From positions 1,824,001 to 1,888,000 of the forward strand of contig OZ244937.1 of NCBI GenBank assembly GCA_965222075.1: a stretch of DNA of 64,000 nt, given 5' to 3'. Below, piece by piece: positions 43,769 to 53,097 of the stretch; within the stretch, counting starts at the first letter, position 1; each line of letters opens with the position of its first letter. Source of the DNA: Candidatus Latescibacterota bacterium (GTDB lineage: Bacteria; Latescibacterota; UBA2968; GCA-2709665). Below the pieces are notes generated by a model. It saw only the letters and a list, made by a program, of their open reading frames with translations, made no database searches and was not told where the DNA came from. A program made the translations under genes and the position numbers.

Positions 43769-43802
43769 TAGGGACTTATATACTTGGCTAAGCACTCCTT
43801 TA

Positions 43803-43970
43803 TTATCCCCTTCTCCGCTCTCTCAGCATCTCGTTCGTCTCCGGCTTACCGTCCATCAATGCCCTCGCTAAAGCAGACGCCCGCTCATCCAACTCCTCCA
43901 AACTCAAACCACTATCCAACTCCACATCCTCAACAACCCCCTCCTTCTTTACGTCCTTCGTAGCACCCAT
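43803..43970 (-). CDS. Small hypothetical protein (55 aa), third gene of the RelE mini-operon
   Basis: AAGGAGG RBS; starts MGATKDVKKEG. Confidence 0.65.
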   Translation of the reverse strand: MGATKDVKKEGVVEDVELDSGLSLEELDERASALARALMDGKPETNEMLRERRRG

Positions 43971-43980
43971 GACAACCTCC

Positions 43981-44328
43981 TTATCTCCTCCTATAAACCC
44001 TTTGACGCTTCTCCATATGAACCACATGAACCTCCCCACCAACCCTCTTATAGAAAATCCTGTAATTACCCCTCCTGACCCTAAATACAGGATCATTAGC
44101 AGGACGACCCTTTACCTTAACCGACCCCTTCCTGTTATTAGGATCTCTGAGAGATTCGATCTTTTCAATAGCCAAACGCCTGACATTAGGTTGCAAGCCT
44201 TCCTCAATAAACTTAGCAACAGCATCCCGAATAACTATCTCTTGCCCTCCCAACACCTCCGGCTTCGGTTGCTCCGAAACCTTCTCTTCCCTATCCTTCC
44301 TCCCACCCCTCCGCCGAGCCTCATTCAC
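43981..44328 (-). CDS. RelE/ParE family toxin
   Basis: KVKG....VFRVRRGNYRIFY...VHVVHMEKRQRVY. Confidence 0.8.
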   Translation of the reverse strand: MNEARRRGGRKDREEKVSEQPKPEVLGGQEIVIRDAVAKFIEEGLQPNVRRLAIEKIESLRDPNNRKGSVKVKGRPANDPVFRVRRGNYRIFYKRVGGEVHVVHMEKRQRVYRRR

Positions 44329-44543
44329 CGCTCACCTCCACCCCTCTTCATCCTATCAAAAAACCGACGGGTCTCCCCAACGGATAACATCCTACTCTTT
44401 CCAGTACGAAGGTCTTCATCAATCTGCAATGACAAAGACAGATCCCGCGCCTCCTCACCCCTATCCTCCTGAATCACGTCTTCAGGACGCCCACCCCGTA
44501 AAACAAAATTAATCAACCGCATTGCACCACTCTTAGCACCCAT
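44325..44543 (-). CDS. Putative antitoxin (72 aa)
   Basis: AAGGAGG RBS; SLQIDEDLRTGKSRMLS; overlaps the toxin start; paralog at 56059. Confidence 0.65.
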   Translation of the reverse strand: MGAKSGAMRLINFVLRGGRPEDVIQEDRGEEARDLSLSLQIDEDLRTGKSRMLSVGETRRFFDRMKRGGGER

Positions 44544-44599
44544 AACACCCTCCTTTTCTCTTTTGCATCTTTCACCACATAAACAAACCGACAAAGAAA

Positions 44600-44629
44600 T
44601 TTATACAAAACTTATTGACTTTTGTCAAT
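44600..44629 (-). promoter_or_regulatory. Sigma70 promoter with the palindrome ATTGACAAAAGTCAAT over the -35 box
   Basis: TTGACA-17 bp-TATAAA on the minus strand. Confidence 0.8.
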
Positions 44630-44846
44630 CTCTATCACTATATTACCCACGTCTTCATACTGGCAGACCCGCAATGTCGGGTAGCCTACCAAATACAATA
44701 GCCGACTTATCAAGGTAAGGGTAGCTCCCGAACCTGGCAAATACGTAGGGCCTTCCCGCATACCTCTGCGAGTATGGAGACAACTACCCGGCACCCTATG
44801 CAGGGGTGCCGAAAGTTGTTCACTCTCCACGACGGAGGTAACAGGG

Positions 44847-45315
44847 ATGAGACTAATAGCATTGGTTTGCCGCATGCTCGGTAGCCCTCACAGGCTGTGG
44901 AGCGCTCTTTGTCGGTACGACGCAGACCATTAGCATCAACTCATCACCGACTAACAGCGAGGTGAAAATTGATGAAGGAATCTTCACAACTCCAACATCG
45001 GTAGAACTCGCTCGAAATAAGAGCTATACAGTAACCATATCCAAAGAAGGATACGAAACAAAGTCGGTCAAACTCAACAGACAAGTTAGCGGGAAGATAG
45101 TCATACTGGACATCTTAGCAGGTATTGTTCCCATAGTGATAGATATGGCAATGGGAACATGGTACGAACTGAAACCAAGCACCATAAATGTCAACCTGTC
45201 CAGCAAGCAATCAGGCAAGCAGGACATACCCGTGAACCTCAGTGCAATAGACCGAGGGCAACTGAAGATTAACTCATCGGAACCCGTAACGGTCAAGGTA
45301 GAAGCCCTCGAATAA
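44847..45315 (+). pseudogene. PEGA-like lipoprotein with a 1 bp frameshift in the signal peptide
   Basis: GGAGG-ATG MRLIALV, one extra T, then AACSVALTGC lipobox and TTP...YTVTISKEGYE. Confidence 0.7.
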
Positions 45316-45410
45316 ATAACCCTGGTGGGTAAAGTGGTATGGGCGATCCCGATAATCGCCCATACCAAATCACATGCCAGAATGCTGAAACATCCGAAAG
45401 GAGAACGAAA

Positions 45411-45608
45411 ATGAGCAAGGCAAAACGTGAAAATTCAAAGGTAGCTGAAATCCTGTCAAAGCAACCCGGAAAAGAAGCAGAAATTAACATCCTCGCTGAT
45501 AAAATGGATCTAACCGAATACGAAGCACGGGGATGTATTGACCAGTCCCGATATAAAGGATATAAGATTGAAAACTCTGACAGACGTATGTTCAAATTAG
45601 AAGATTAA
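45411..45608 (+). CDS. Small hypothetical protein, possibly HTH
   Basis: AGGAG RBS, 65 aa; the stop codon coincides with the IS630 left end. Confidence 0.55.
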   Translation: MSKAKRENSKVAEILSKQPGKEAEINILADKMDLTEYEARGCIDQSRYKGYKIENSDRRMFKLED

Positions 45609-45669
45609 GTAGTCGCGCATGAATTTTTTGGTATAATGGGGCTTCGGAAGTCGTATATTAGAGAACCGA

Positions 45670-45694
45670 CCTGCCTGTGCCGAAGGCAGACAGG
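45670..45694 (+). repeat. 25 bp palindromic mini-element (non-coding)
   Basis: cctgcctgtgccgaaggcagacagg. Confidence 0.85.
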
Positions 45695-46460
45695 TATGAA
45701 AGGGTTCAACACGACGTCAATGGAGGTTCTCTATGAAAGTTGCGACGAAGTTTGTATCCGCCTTAAGTCCAGATCAGATCCAACACCTTGAAGATTTAGC
45801 GGAACGTGATTCGGTCAGGCGAGTTCGAATGCGAGCCCATAGCATTTTACTCAGTTCAAGGGGTTCGAGCATGGATGAGATTGCCAGGATATACCAAGTG
45901 CATCGCGATACGGTTTCTTCCTGGATTGACAATTTTGAGCACCTTGGAGTGGATGGATTGAGAGATAAGCCTCGAAGTGGGGGTCCTCCCAAGTTAAATG
46001 AGCAAGAAAAAGAAGTGGCAAAAGAGCTCCTCAAGACCCATTCCAACGCGCCTTCAATGGTCTTAGCCCTCTTAAGCGAGAAAACGGGAAAAACCATCAG
46101 CCGTTCCAGCTTAAGACGGATTGCGAAAGGGGCAGGCCTGCGTTGGAAACGCGTGAGAAAATCGCTTAAAACCAAACGAGATGATGAGGCGTTTGATCAG
46201 GCGAAAAAAGAGATTGAAGGGTTAAAAAAAACATCAATCCAGAACGCTTGACCTGTATTACTTTGACGAAGCTGGATTTTCTTTGGATCCGAGTATTCCC
46301 TACGCCTGGCAGCCTGTAGGTGAAACCATAGAGGTGCCTGTCGCCAAGAGCAAACGCCTCAATGTTCTGGGATTTCTCAACACAGACAATGACCTCACTC
46401 CTTTCTGCGTGGAGGGCAGCGTTACGAGTGACATTGTGATCGGATGTTTTGATCTTTTTA

Positions 46461-46494
46461 CCTGCCTGTGCGTGCGGGCACGCACGCAGACAGG
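46461..46494 (+). repeat. 34 bp palindromic mini-element frameshifting IS630 orfB
   Basis: cctgcctgtgcgtgcgggcacgcacgcagacagg; removal restores FDLFSETITKKTVVIIDNAPIH. Confidence 0.92.
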
Positions 46495-46848
46495 GCGAGA
46501 CGATCACCAAAAAAACCGTGGTTATTATTGACAATGCGCCCATCCACACAAGTCAGGCGTTTCAGAAAAGGGTGCCCATCTGGAAAAAGAAGGGCTTGGT
46601 CCTCTATTTTTTACCCGGATACGCACCCGAACTCAACCTCATCGAAATCTTGTGGCGTTTTATCAAGTATTGGTGGTTGCCCTTTTCAGCCTACCTAAAT
46701 TTCCGTGCTTTGGTTGAGGCTGTTGAAGATATTCTGGTGAATGTGGGATCGAAATATAAAATCGCTTTCCAGTAAACCATTCAATATGCCACAAAACTCA
46801 TAGACAACTACTTAACTTCCATTTAACCCACAACAACGGAGGCCCAAA

Positions 46849-47076
46849 ATGCCCCGTTTCTTACTCGAAGCCTTCAACGTGGAATTAGACCTTGATCTTG
46901 GAGCTGTCGTTTTATCTCTTCGGGGGTCCGACGAAGTGGACGCATCAGGTACCATCCAGATAGATTTAGATCCACCTCCGCCGAACTCTTACATTTTTCA
47001 GGACTTGGAGGGTGGTAAGAACCTCGCTCGACAACTTCAAGAGGCGATTCAGACTTTAGAGTCTTTAAGTTCGTAG
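46849..47076 (+). CDS. Hypothetical protein (75 aa)
   Basis: GGAGG RBS; convergent with the IS1595 transposase. Confidence 0.55.
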   Translation: MPRFLLEAFNVELDLDLGAVVLSLRGSDEVDASGTIQIDLDPPPPNSYIFQDLEGGKNLARQLQEAIQTLESLSS

Positions 47077-48030
47077 TCATGCAGTCAACTCCTTATATTT
47101 AAGGCGCTTGCCTACCATGTGCTCCGCAACATAAGCCATCTGGTCTATCGTATCCATATTGCGAACGTTGTGCCTGCCCGAAAACTCATTAACATACCGA
47201 CCCAAATGATCAACGCTCATCTTGTGAAACGTCCCATGATAACCACGCTTGAGCATACTCCAAAATGATTCCAAGCCATTCGTATGGGCTTGGCCATCCA
47301 CATACTCGCCTACGGAGTGCTTAACAACCTCGTGTTGAACACCCTCCAAACCCTTGTAAGCCATAGCCTCATCTGTATAAACAGGCGTCCCATCCTTAGC
47401 ATGCGCATAGACAAAAGCCTTTAAGGTCGGGCCGTCTGTGGACTCTACCACCACAGCATCAATACGGTTTGTTATCCGATCTTTAGCGCCCACAACTGCT
47501 GTCTTACCTACCGTACCACGACCCGCGTTCAACTTCTTTTTCGCATGCTTGTTTTTCTCCAGGCCACCAATATAGGTCTCATCCACCTCGATGGGTCCAT
47601 AAAACAAGGACTTTCCTTCCTCCCACGCCTCGCGTATACGATGGGCCATAAACCAAGCGGTCTTTTGTGTGACCTTCAAATCTCTATGGAGCTTCATACT
47701 GGAAACACCCTTCAAACTGGATACATGCAGGTAAATCCCTATTACCCACTTCCTCAACGGTATCTTAGAACGCTCCATTACCGTCCCCGTCCGTACACTA
47801 AAATGACGTCGGCAGTCACCACACCAAAAGGGCATGGGCTTGCCCGAAGAGACAGCATTAACCTTGTCGCAACCTCCGCAACGGGGGCAGCACAAGCCTT
47901 CGCGGTCAGCACCCCACCTGCAATCTTCAAACCACGATACTGCCGACGCCTCATCAGGAAAACGATCATCAAGCAACTCAATAAGGGAGATTCCCTTGCG
48001 ATAATGCTTACCAGGTGCCTTCTGCGGCAT
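47077..48030 (-). CDS. IS1595 family transposase
   Basis: Zn finger CPRC/CGDC, EVDETYIGG, YTDE, HTNGLESFW. Confidence 0.95.
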   Translation of the reverse strand: MPQKAPGKHYRKGISLIELLDDRFPDEASAVSWFEDCRWGADREGLCCPRCGGCDKVNAVSSGKPMPFWCGDCRRHFSVRTGTVMERSKIPLRKWVIGIYLHVSSLKGVSSMKLHRDLKVTQKTAWFMAHRIREAWEEGKSLFYGPIEVDETYIGGLEKNKHAKKKLNAGRGTVGKTAVVGAKDRITNRIDAVVVESTDGPTLKAFVYAHAKDGTPVYTDEAMAYKGLEGVQHEVVKHSVGEYVDGQAHTNGLESFWSMLKRGYHGTFHKMSVDHLGRYVNEFSGRHNVRNMDTIDQMAYVAEHMVGKRLKYKELTA

Positions 48031-48254
48031 GATAACACCCCTCGACTTTACAGGTTATGTGTTAATAATATCAACAACTTACACCTATAATATAACACAC
48101 TTACCCTGCTTAGTCAAGTATATAATTCCCTTTCATTATTATCTCCGGATACCAGCATCCATACTCTTTGGGCAACATCCGCCACTGGAGTTGCCCCGGT
48201 TCACCGCAGAGACGCGGAGGAACGCATCGTCAAGCTCGTCGGTCTCGATCTTTT

Positions 48255-48580
48255 ACCTCAGAAGCTACTTTGTCAACCACCAGCATATGATGCACTACGA
48301 CATCTACCTCAAAAAAGGCTATCCGACCTGCCTGTGTGTTGCACGCAGACAGGTCTCTACAGGCGTGGTCGAAGGCACCTGCGGCTCGCTGGTCAAAGAC
48401 CGGATGGAGAACAGCGGCATGCGCTGGTCCATCACCGGTGCTCAGGCTGTCTTGGCACAACGTGCGGTCGTGAAAAATGGCGACTGGGGTGACTTCTGGA
48501 ACTACTACATCGACTCCCAAAGAGAGCGGCTCTATCCAACTGTGTACCAGAGAGTCCATCTATACGAAAAAACCGCTTAA
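48255..48580 (+). pseudogene. ISKra4-like transposase C-terminal remnant with a 27 bp palindromic insert at 48327-48353
   Basis: MHYDIYLKKGYP[insert]STGVVEGTCGSLVKDRMENSGMRWS; removing the insert gives GYPISTGVVEG. Confidence 0.8.
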
Positions 48581-48634
48581 ACTCGCCCGTAAAATCTTAC
48601 ACACTCAAATCACTTTCTCGTTTTTTATTTTTAC

Positions 48635-49117
48635 TCACACCCTTACTTCAGTGCGTTTAGCAGCGATACGCCCAAGTGACCAGTCAGCTCGACGACGTAC
48701 CTCGGCATCATCATCAGTGCGAAGCCTTTCAAGAGTATCTTTCAAACGTGAATCTAAAACTGGAAGTAATCCAAGTGTCGTCGTCGCTTTTCGTCTCACA
48801 CGGACACTTGTATCTTCAAGCGCACGTTTGGCAACCAATCCCACAGTATCTACATCTAAAGGGACGGTCTTGCATTGATCACATACAATTGAGTGCAACG
48901 CATGACGGCGGACATCAGCAATTGGATCTTCTAAGGCCCGGGCAAGGGGCTCAGCACATCGTTCATCTGAAATATGATCCATCAAAGCAGCACAACTCTT
49001 CCGAATTCTCCAATTCTCGTGCCCCAATCCAGCGATCAATGCTTCCACGGTTTGTAAATCCGCCTTCTGCAATGTGGAATAGGCGGCATAACGCTTAGAC
49101 CAATCCTCGGAGCCCAA
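48635..49117 (-). CDS. HEAT repeat protein
   Basis: ALIAGLGHENWRIR, ALEDPIADVRR, ALEDTSVRVRR, DDDAEVRR. Confidence 0.8.
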   Translation of the reverse strand: MGSEDWSKRYAAYSTLQKADLQTVEALIAGLGHENWRIRKSCAALMDHISDERCAEPLARALEDPIADVRRHALHSIVCDQCKTVPLDVDTVGLVAKRALEDTSVRVRRKATTTLGLLPVLDSRLKDTLERLRTDDDAEVRRRADWSLGRIAAKRTEVRV

Positions 49118-49698
49118 TTGCTCAATCAGGCGTGAAATTCTTGGGATTATATCCGTCTCCTTTCAGACAATAGTTCGGACACTTTTTGCAATTTCGGCCT
49201 AATTTGGGAAACATTACTTCTCTAAGTCTTTAAAAATCAACAGGTTATCCATTTTGATTATAAATTTCATAAATTTATAGAAAACAATAAGTTACAAAAA
49301 CTGTTCACAGTATTGTTCAGACAGGTAAATGACTTGAACCGTCTTTCAAGTTCGAACGATCCGAGAATTCGCATAGAATATGGCCTTAAAATTCTGTAAA
49401 ATCAAGTCCCCCCCCTCCCCCTTTTCCATCCTTCAACCGGCCAAAAATGGATGTAATTAATTGTTATTAAACACTCTACGAGAATCATATAAAAATGTAA
49501 GTTTCTGGAGATTTCTTCGATGCAATGGCTTGCAAGCCCTGTGATGGGATAAGTTGGGGGAACCTATCTGAAGTGCCAATTATACATCTGGAGGTCCCTC
49601 CTGTTGGGGGTTGGCTGCCTCGTTTGGTGATACTTACAAGGTAGCCTTAGGACCTCCTTTCTCCTATTTAAAGTCACACATCGCGTTAGTTTTGCATG

Positions 49699-49839
49699 AA
49701 CCGGATCGAGGTCGACCGGCTGCCCGGAATGACCGTCCAGGACGGCTACGTCAAGCTCCAGTACTTCCCCAACTGGGGAATCCCCGGCGGGCTGGACTTC
49801 CGGATTGTCAATTCGGTGCACACATCGGCACCCTGAAAA
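49699..49839 (+). repeat. Direct repeat, right copy (orphan 3' end of the heparinase-like gene)
   Basis: Matches 41208-41348. Confidence 0.95.
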
Positions 49840-49856
49840 ATCGAAAAGGAGTTCCC

Positions 49857-50771
49857 ATGTCAAGCTCTCCCCTCAACATCCTCCTCGTCGGCGGCAGCGG
49901 GTTCCTCAGCGGCACCCTGGCGCGCAGGGCTGTCGCGCAGGGCCATCATGTCTGGGCCGTCACGCGGGGCCAGAGGGACCTTCTCGACGGGGTCACCGGC
50001 ATCACGGCCGACCGCCACGACCGGGACGCCTTCCAGCAGGCCATCGCCGGCGCAGGGATGGAATGGGACCTGACCGTGGACTGCATCGGGTACGACCCGG
50101 TCGATGCAAAACAGGATATCGCCGTCTTCCGGGACCTGACGCCCCATTTCGTCTTCGTCTCCACCGACTTCGTCTTCGACCCGGCCCACCGCACCTTTCC
50201 CCAGCCCGAAGAGAGCGACCACTACCTCACCAATAATACCTACGGGGCAAAAAAACGCCGCTGCGAATTGGAAATTCTCAACGGCGACACCGGCGGCATG
50301 GCCTGGACGATCCTGCGCCCCTGCCACATCTACGGACCCGGCTCTCTGCTCGGCTGCCTCCCCCTTCACAGCCGGGACCAAGACTTGATTGCTAAGCTGA
50401 AGGCCGGAGAACCGCTTCGGCTCGTCGGAGGCGGCCACTTTCTTCAGCAGCCCATCCTCGCCCGGGACCTGTCCGACCTCGTCCTCAGCTTCCACGGCAA
50501 CGAACAGACCTGCGGCGAAATCTTCTGCGCCGCCGGCCCGGACATCATCGAATCGGTGGAATACTACCGGATCATCGCCCGCATCCTGGATGCCCCGGAG
50601 CCGACCATCGAGGAAATCCCGGTAAGCCGGCACCTGACCGAACAGCCCCAATCCGTCTCCTTCGTCTGTCACCGCATCTACAGCCTGGACAAATTAGAAT
50701 CCACCGGCGCCAGCGTCCCATCAACCCCCGTTGAACAGGGCCTCCGCGAACACGTCGAAAGCCTGCTTTAA
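49857..50771 (+). CDS. NAD-dependent epimerase/dehydratase family protein
   Basis: LVGGSGFLSG, YGAKK, ILRPCHIYGPG. Confidence 0.88.
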   Translation: MSSSPLNILLVGGSGFLSGTLARRAVAQGHHVWAVTRGQRDLLDGVTGITADRHDRDAFQQAIAGAGMEWDLTVDCIGYDPVDAKQDIAVFRDLTPHFVFVSTDFVFDPAHRTFPQPEESDHYLTNNTYGAKKRRCELEILNGDTGGMAWTILRPCHIYGPGSLLGCLPLHSRDQDLIAKLKAGEPLRLVGGGHFLQQPILARDLSDLVLSFHGNEQTCGEIFCAAGPDIIESVEYYRIIARILDAPEPTIEEIPVSRHLTEQPQSVSFVCHRIYSLDKLESTGASVPSTPVEQGLREHVESLL

Positions 50772-50823
50772 AAATACGGGCGACCCGCCGATCGCCCGTA
50801 CCAATTCTTCTTCGGAGATCTCC

Positions 50824-51621
50824 ATGCTAAGAATCCCCATAACCATGTGCCACGGCATCAACCCCAGGGGCGGCCCCCCCCTCACCGAAGACCATTTCGA
50901 CGTCCTGGTTCGAATCGCACACGAAATGGGATTTACATCCATCACCTACAACGACCTGGCCGCCTGGCGGGACAATGCGGGAACGCTTCCCGAGCGACCG
51001 ATCATGTTCGACTTCGACCATCCCGTGAAATCGATGCGCTACGAAATCCACAGTGTGCTCGACCGGTACGGCTACCGGGGCAACCTGTTCATTAACACCG
51101 GGCCAATGGAGCCTGGCAACAAAGCATTCGGCGCCGAGACAATGACCTGGGATGAGACCCGCGAACTGGTGGACCTGGGCTGGCACGTCGGCGCGCACAC
51201 CGTGACGCATCCGAACCTGTCCACCCTGTTCACCGAAGACCCGACCGGAGAGAAGCTGTCCTGGGAGCTTGAAACGTGCGATCATACGCTCACCGAACAC
51301 CTCGGCATCCGACCCCTGGACTTTGCCTTTACCGGCACGAGCTGGAGCAGCTTGGCCGAAAAACTGGTCATGCAGCGCTACCGGTTCGGCCGGCTGTGGA
51401 TCGTCGGCTCCGAATACGAGGCCGACGGCAAACAGGTCCGTTACGCCGACCTGGTGGGTGTAGATGGAGAAGACGAAGCGGATGGCGGTCCCCCGACGGC
51501 GGCGCGCTATATCACGCGAGATACGCCCCCTTACCGTTTGCCCTCCATGGAGATTCAGTGTTCGCTGATCTATACGCCCGAAGCGTTCAGGGCGTATCTG
51601 GAGGGCGCGTTAGGGCAATGA
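50824..51621 (+). CDS. Polysaccharide deacetylase family protein
   Basis: LPERPIMFDFDH, MTWDE, VGAHTVTHPNL. Confidence 0.8.
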   Translation: MLRIPITMCHGINPRGGPPLTEDHFDVLVRIAHEMGFTSITYNDLAAWRDNAGTLPERPIMFDFDHPVKSMRYEIHSVLDRYGYRGNLFINTGPMEPGNKAFGAETMTWDETRELVDLGWHVGAHTVTHPNLSTLFTEDPTGEKLSWELETCDHTLTEHLGIRPLDFAFTGTSWSSLAEKLVMQRYRFGRLWIVGSEYEADGKQVRYADLVGVDGEDEADGGPPTAARYITRDTPPYRLPSMEIQCSLIYTPEAFRAYLEGALGQ

Positions 51622-51775
51622 AACAAAACCAGGACGTTAAAGCAACAAATACTGCCAAAAATACGATCTCTTTTTTCTTGTCCCTTCCACCTGTTAGCCA
51701 AGTATGTAATTCCCAATTTTTACAGCCGCCTTTTTTGTAAGGTCTCCCTATTCTGAAAGGAGCACCCACCTGACC

Positions 51776-53059
51776 ATGGCCAACACAACCCTCTTTGACA
51801 CCTCTTACGAAAGTCGCAAACGTCCTTTGTTGAAGCAAGTACTGAATCGGCTTCGCCCCATGTACACCAACGAGGAACTCGACGTCCTCCGCATCGATTC
51901 CATCAGCCGGGGTGTCCTCTCCCAGCCTTCCGGACGGGGATTTGTCAACCGGGACATCCTGGAAACCGTCCTGGGCAACCTCCTCGAATGCGTGGCTCCC
52001 GGCTCGCACAATGTACTGCAGATCCCCCGGAGTTCAGACCTGGCCGAAGACATCGAAGAGATCGCGGACCAGCTCTATGCCATGATCATCCAGTCCCTCC
52101 TGGCGGCCGAAGGCGATGGCGCCGACATCGAAACCTACGCCCTGGAGACCACTTTTGCCCTCATTTCCGAACTCCCCCGGCTCAAAGAACGGGCCCTGTG
52201 GAACCGCTTCGCCTCGCTGAAAGACCCCGCAGTCTGGGACGCCTACATCACCGCCAGAGACAAATCTTGCGCCGACAAACTCGTCGACATCGACTTTACC
52301 CCCGCCATCGACGCGGCCATCAACGGGCGGGATTTCGCCCCTTACCGGGAGGTCCTCAAGGAGCATCGGTTCGACTTCGCCTTCGGTTATTTGATGCAGC
52401 TGGTCATCAGCACCTACCCCGGCTGGCGCGTGCTTTTCTACCACGACATCGCCCACGCGCTCACCCAGTCTGGCCCCGTACTCGGCATCCCCGGCATTCA
52501 ACGCATCCCCGTGCCGCTCCTGCCCAGGGCCATCTCCGAACTCGGCGGCCGCTACTATCAGGCCGACCTCCACCCCGAAACCGACATCGGTGACGCCAAC
52601 TTCTTAGACCACCCCCACCGGGGCCTCACCACCGGCCAGACCGGCGTCATCGGTTCGGGCTGCTACATCTATCCCTGCACCATGGGCGGTCTCAGCGGCA
52701 AGGTCCGGCAGCGCCATCCCATCATCGGAGACCGCGTCCAGATCGGCACCGATGCCACCCTTCTGGGGCCGGTGCAGATTGGAGAGCACGCCACTGTGGG
52801 GCCCAACACCCAGATCTACGGCTATGTGCAGACCGGCCCGGAGTGCCGCATCGCCTCTTCGGTCGTCATCGGCACTGTATTGAGCGGCGCCAGAAGGCCC
52901 GGCAACATCCACCTGGGACGGAGCGTGCGCGTGGGCGACGGCACCGTGATCGAAAACAGCACCGAACTCGACCTGGCCATCCCCGACAAGGCAGAGATCC
53001 CCGCACGCAGCCACGTCATCAACGATGGATTTGGGAATCCGAGATTCGTGACAGAATAA
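51776..53059 (+). CDS. Serine O-acetyltransferase-like hexapeptide-repeat protein with a long N-terminal region
   Basis: ADLHPETDIG..FLDH..G, RHPIIGDRVQIG..ATLLGPVQIG. Confidence 0.7.
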   Translation: MANTTLFDTSYESRKRPLLKQVLNRLRPMYTNEELDVLRIDSISRGVLSQPSGRGFVNRDILETVLGNLLECVAPGSHNVLQIPRSSDLAEDIEEIADQLYAMIIQSLLAAEGDGADIETYALETTFALISELPRLKERALWNRFASLKDPAVWDAYITARDKSCADKLVDIDFTPAIDAAINGRDFAPYREVLKEHRFDFAFGYLMQLVISTYPGWRVLFYHDIAHALTQSGPVLGIPGIQRIPVPLLPRAISELGGRYYQADLHPETDIGDANFLDHPHRGLTTGQTGVIGSGCYIYPCTMGGLSGKVRQRHPIIGDRVQIGTDATLLGPVQIGEHATVGPNTQIYGYVQTGPECRIASSVVIGTVLSGARRPGNIHLGRSVRVGDGTVIENSTELDLAIPDKAEIPARSHVINDGFGNPRFVTE

Positions 53060-53062
53060 ATA

Positions 53063-53097
53063 AAAGGGGGCAGACCTTTGCAGGTCCTGCCCCCTTA
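53063..53097. terminator. Bidirectional hairpin between convergent genes
   Basis: AAGGGGGCAG-ACC...GGT-CCTGCCCCCTT. Confidence 0.7.

Larger units (their letters stand above)
45606..46814 (+). mobile_element. IS630-family element; orfA 45733-46251, orfB via an A8 slippery site, orfB broken by a 34 bp palindrome
   Basis: Ends TAAGTAGTCGCGCATGAATTTT and TAAGTAGTTGTCTATGAGTTTT (reverse complement) with flanking TA; HTH plus DEAGF...DNAPIH...PELNLIE. Confidence 0.9.
43771..48130 (-). mobile_element. IS1595-family element carrying passenger genes (4360 bp including a nested IS630)
   Basis: IRs GGGACTTATATACTTGGCTAAGCA (43771-43794) and GGGAATTATATACTTGACTAAGCA (48130-48107); 8 bp TSD TTTCATTA at 43763-43770 and 48131-48138. 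Confidence 0.93.
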
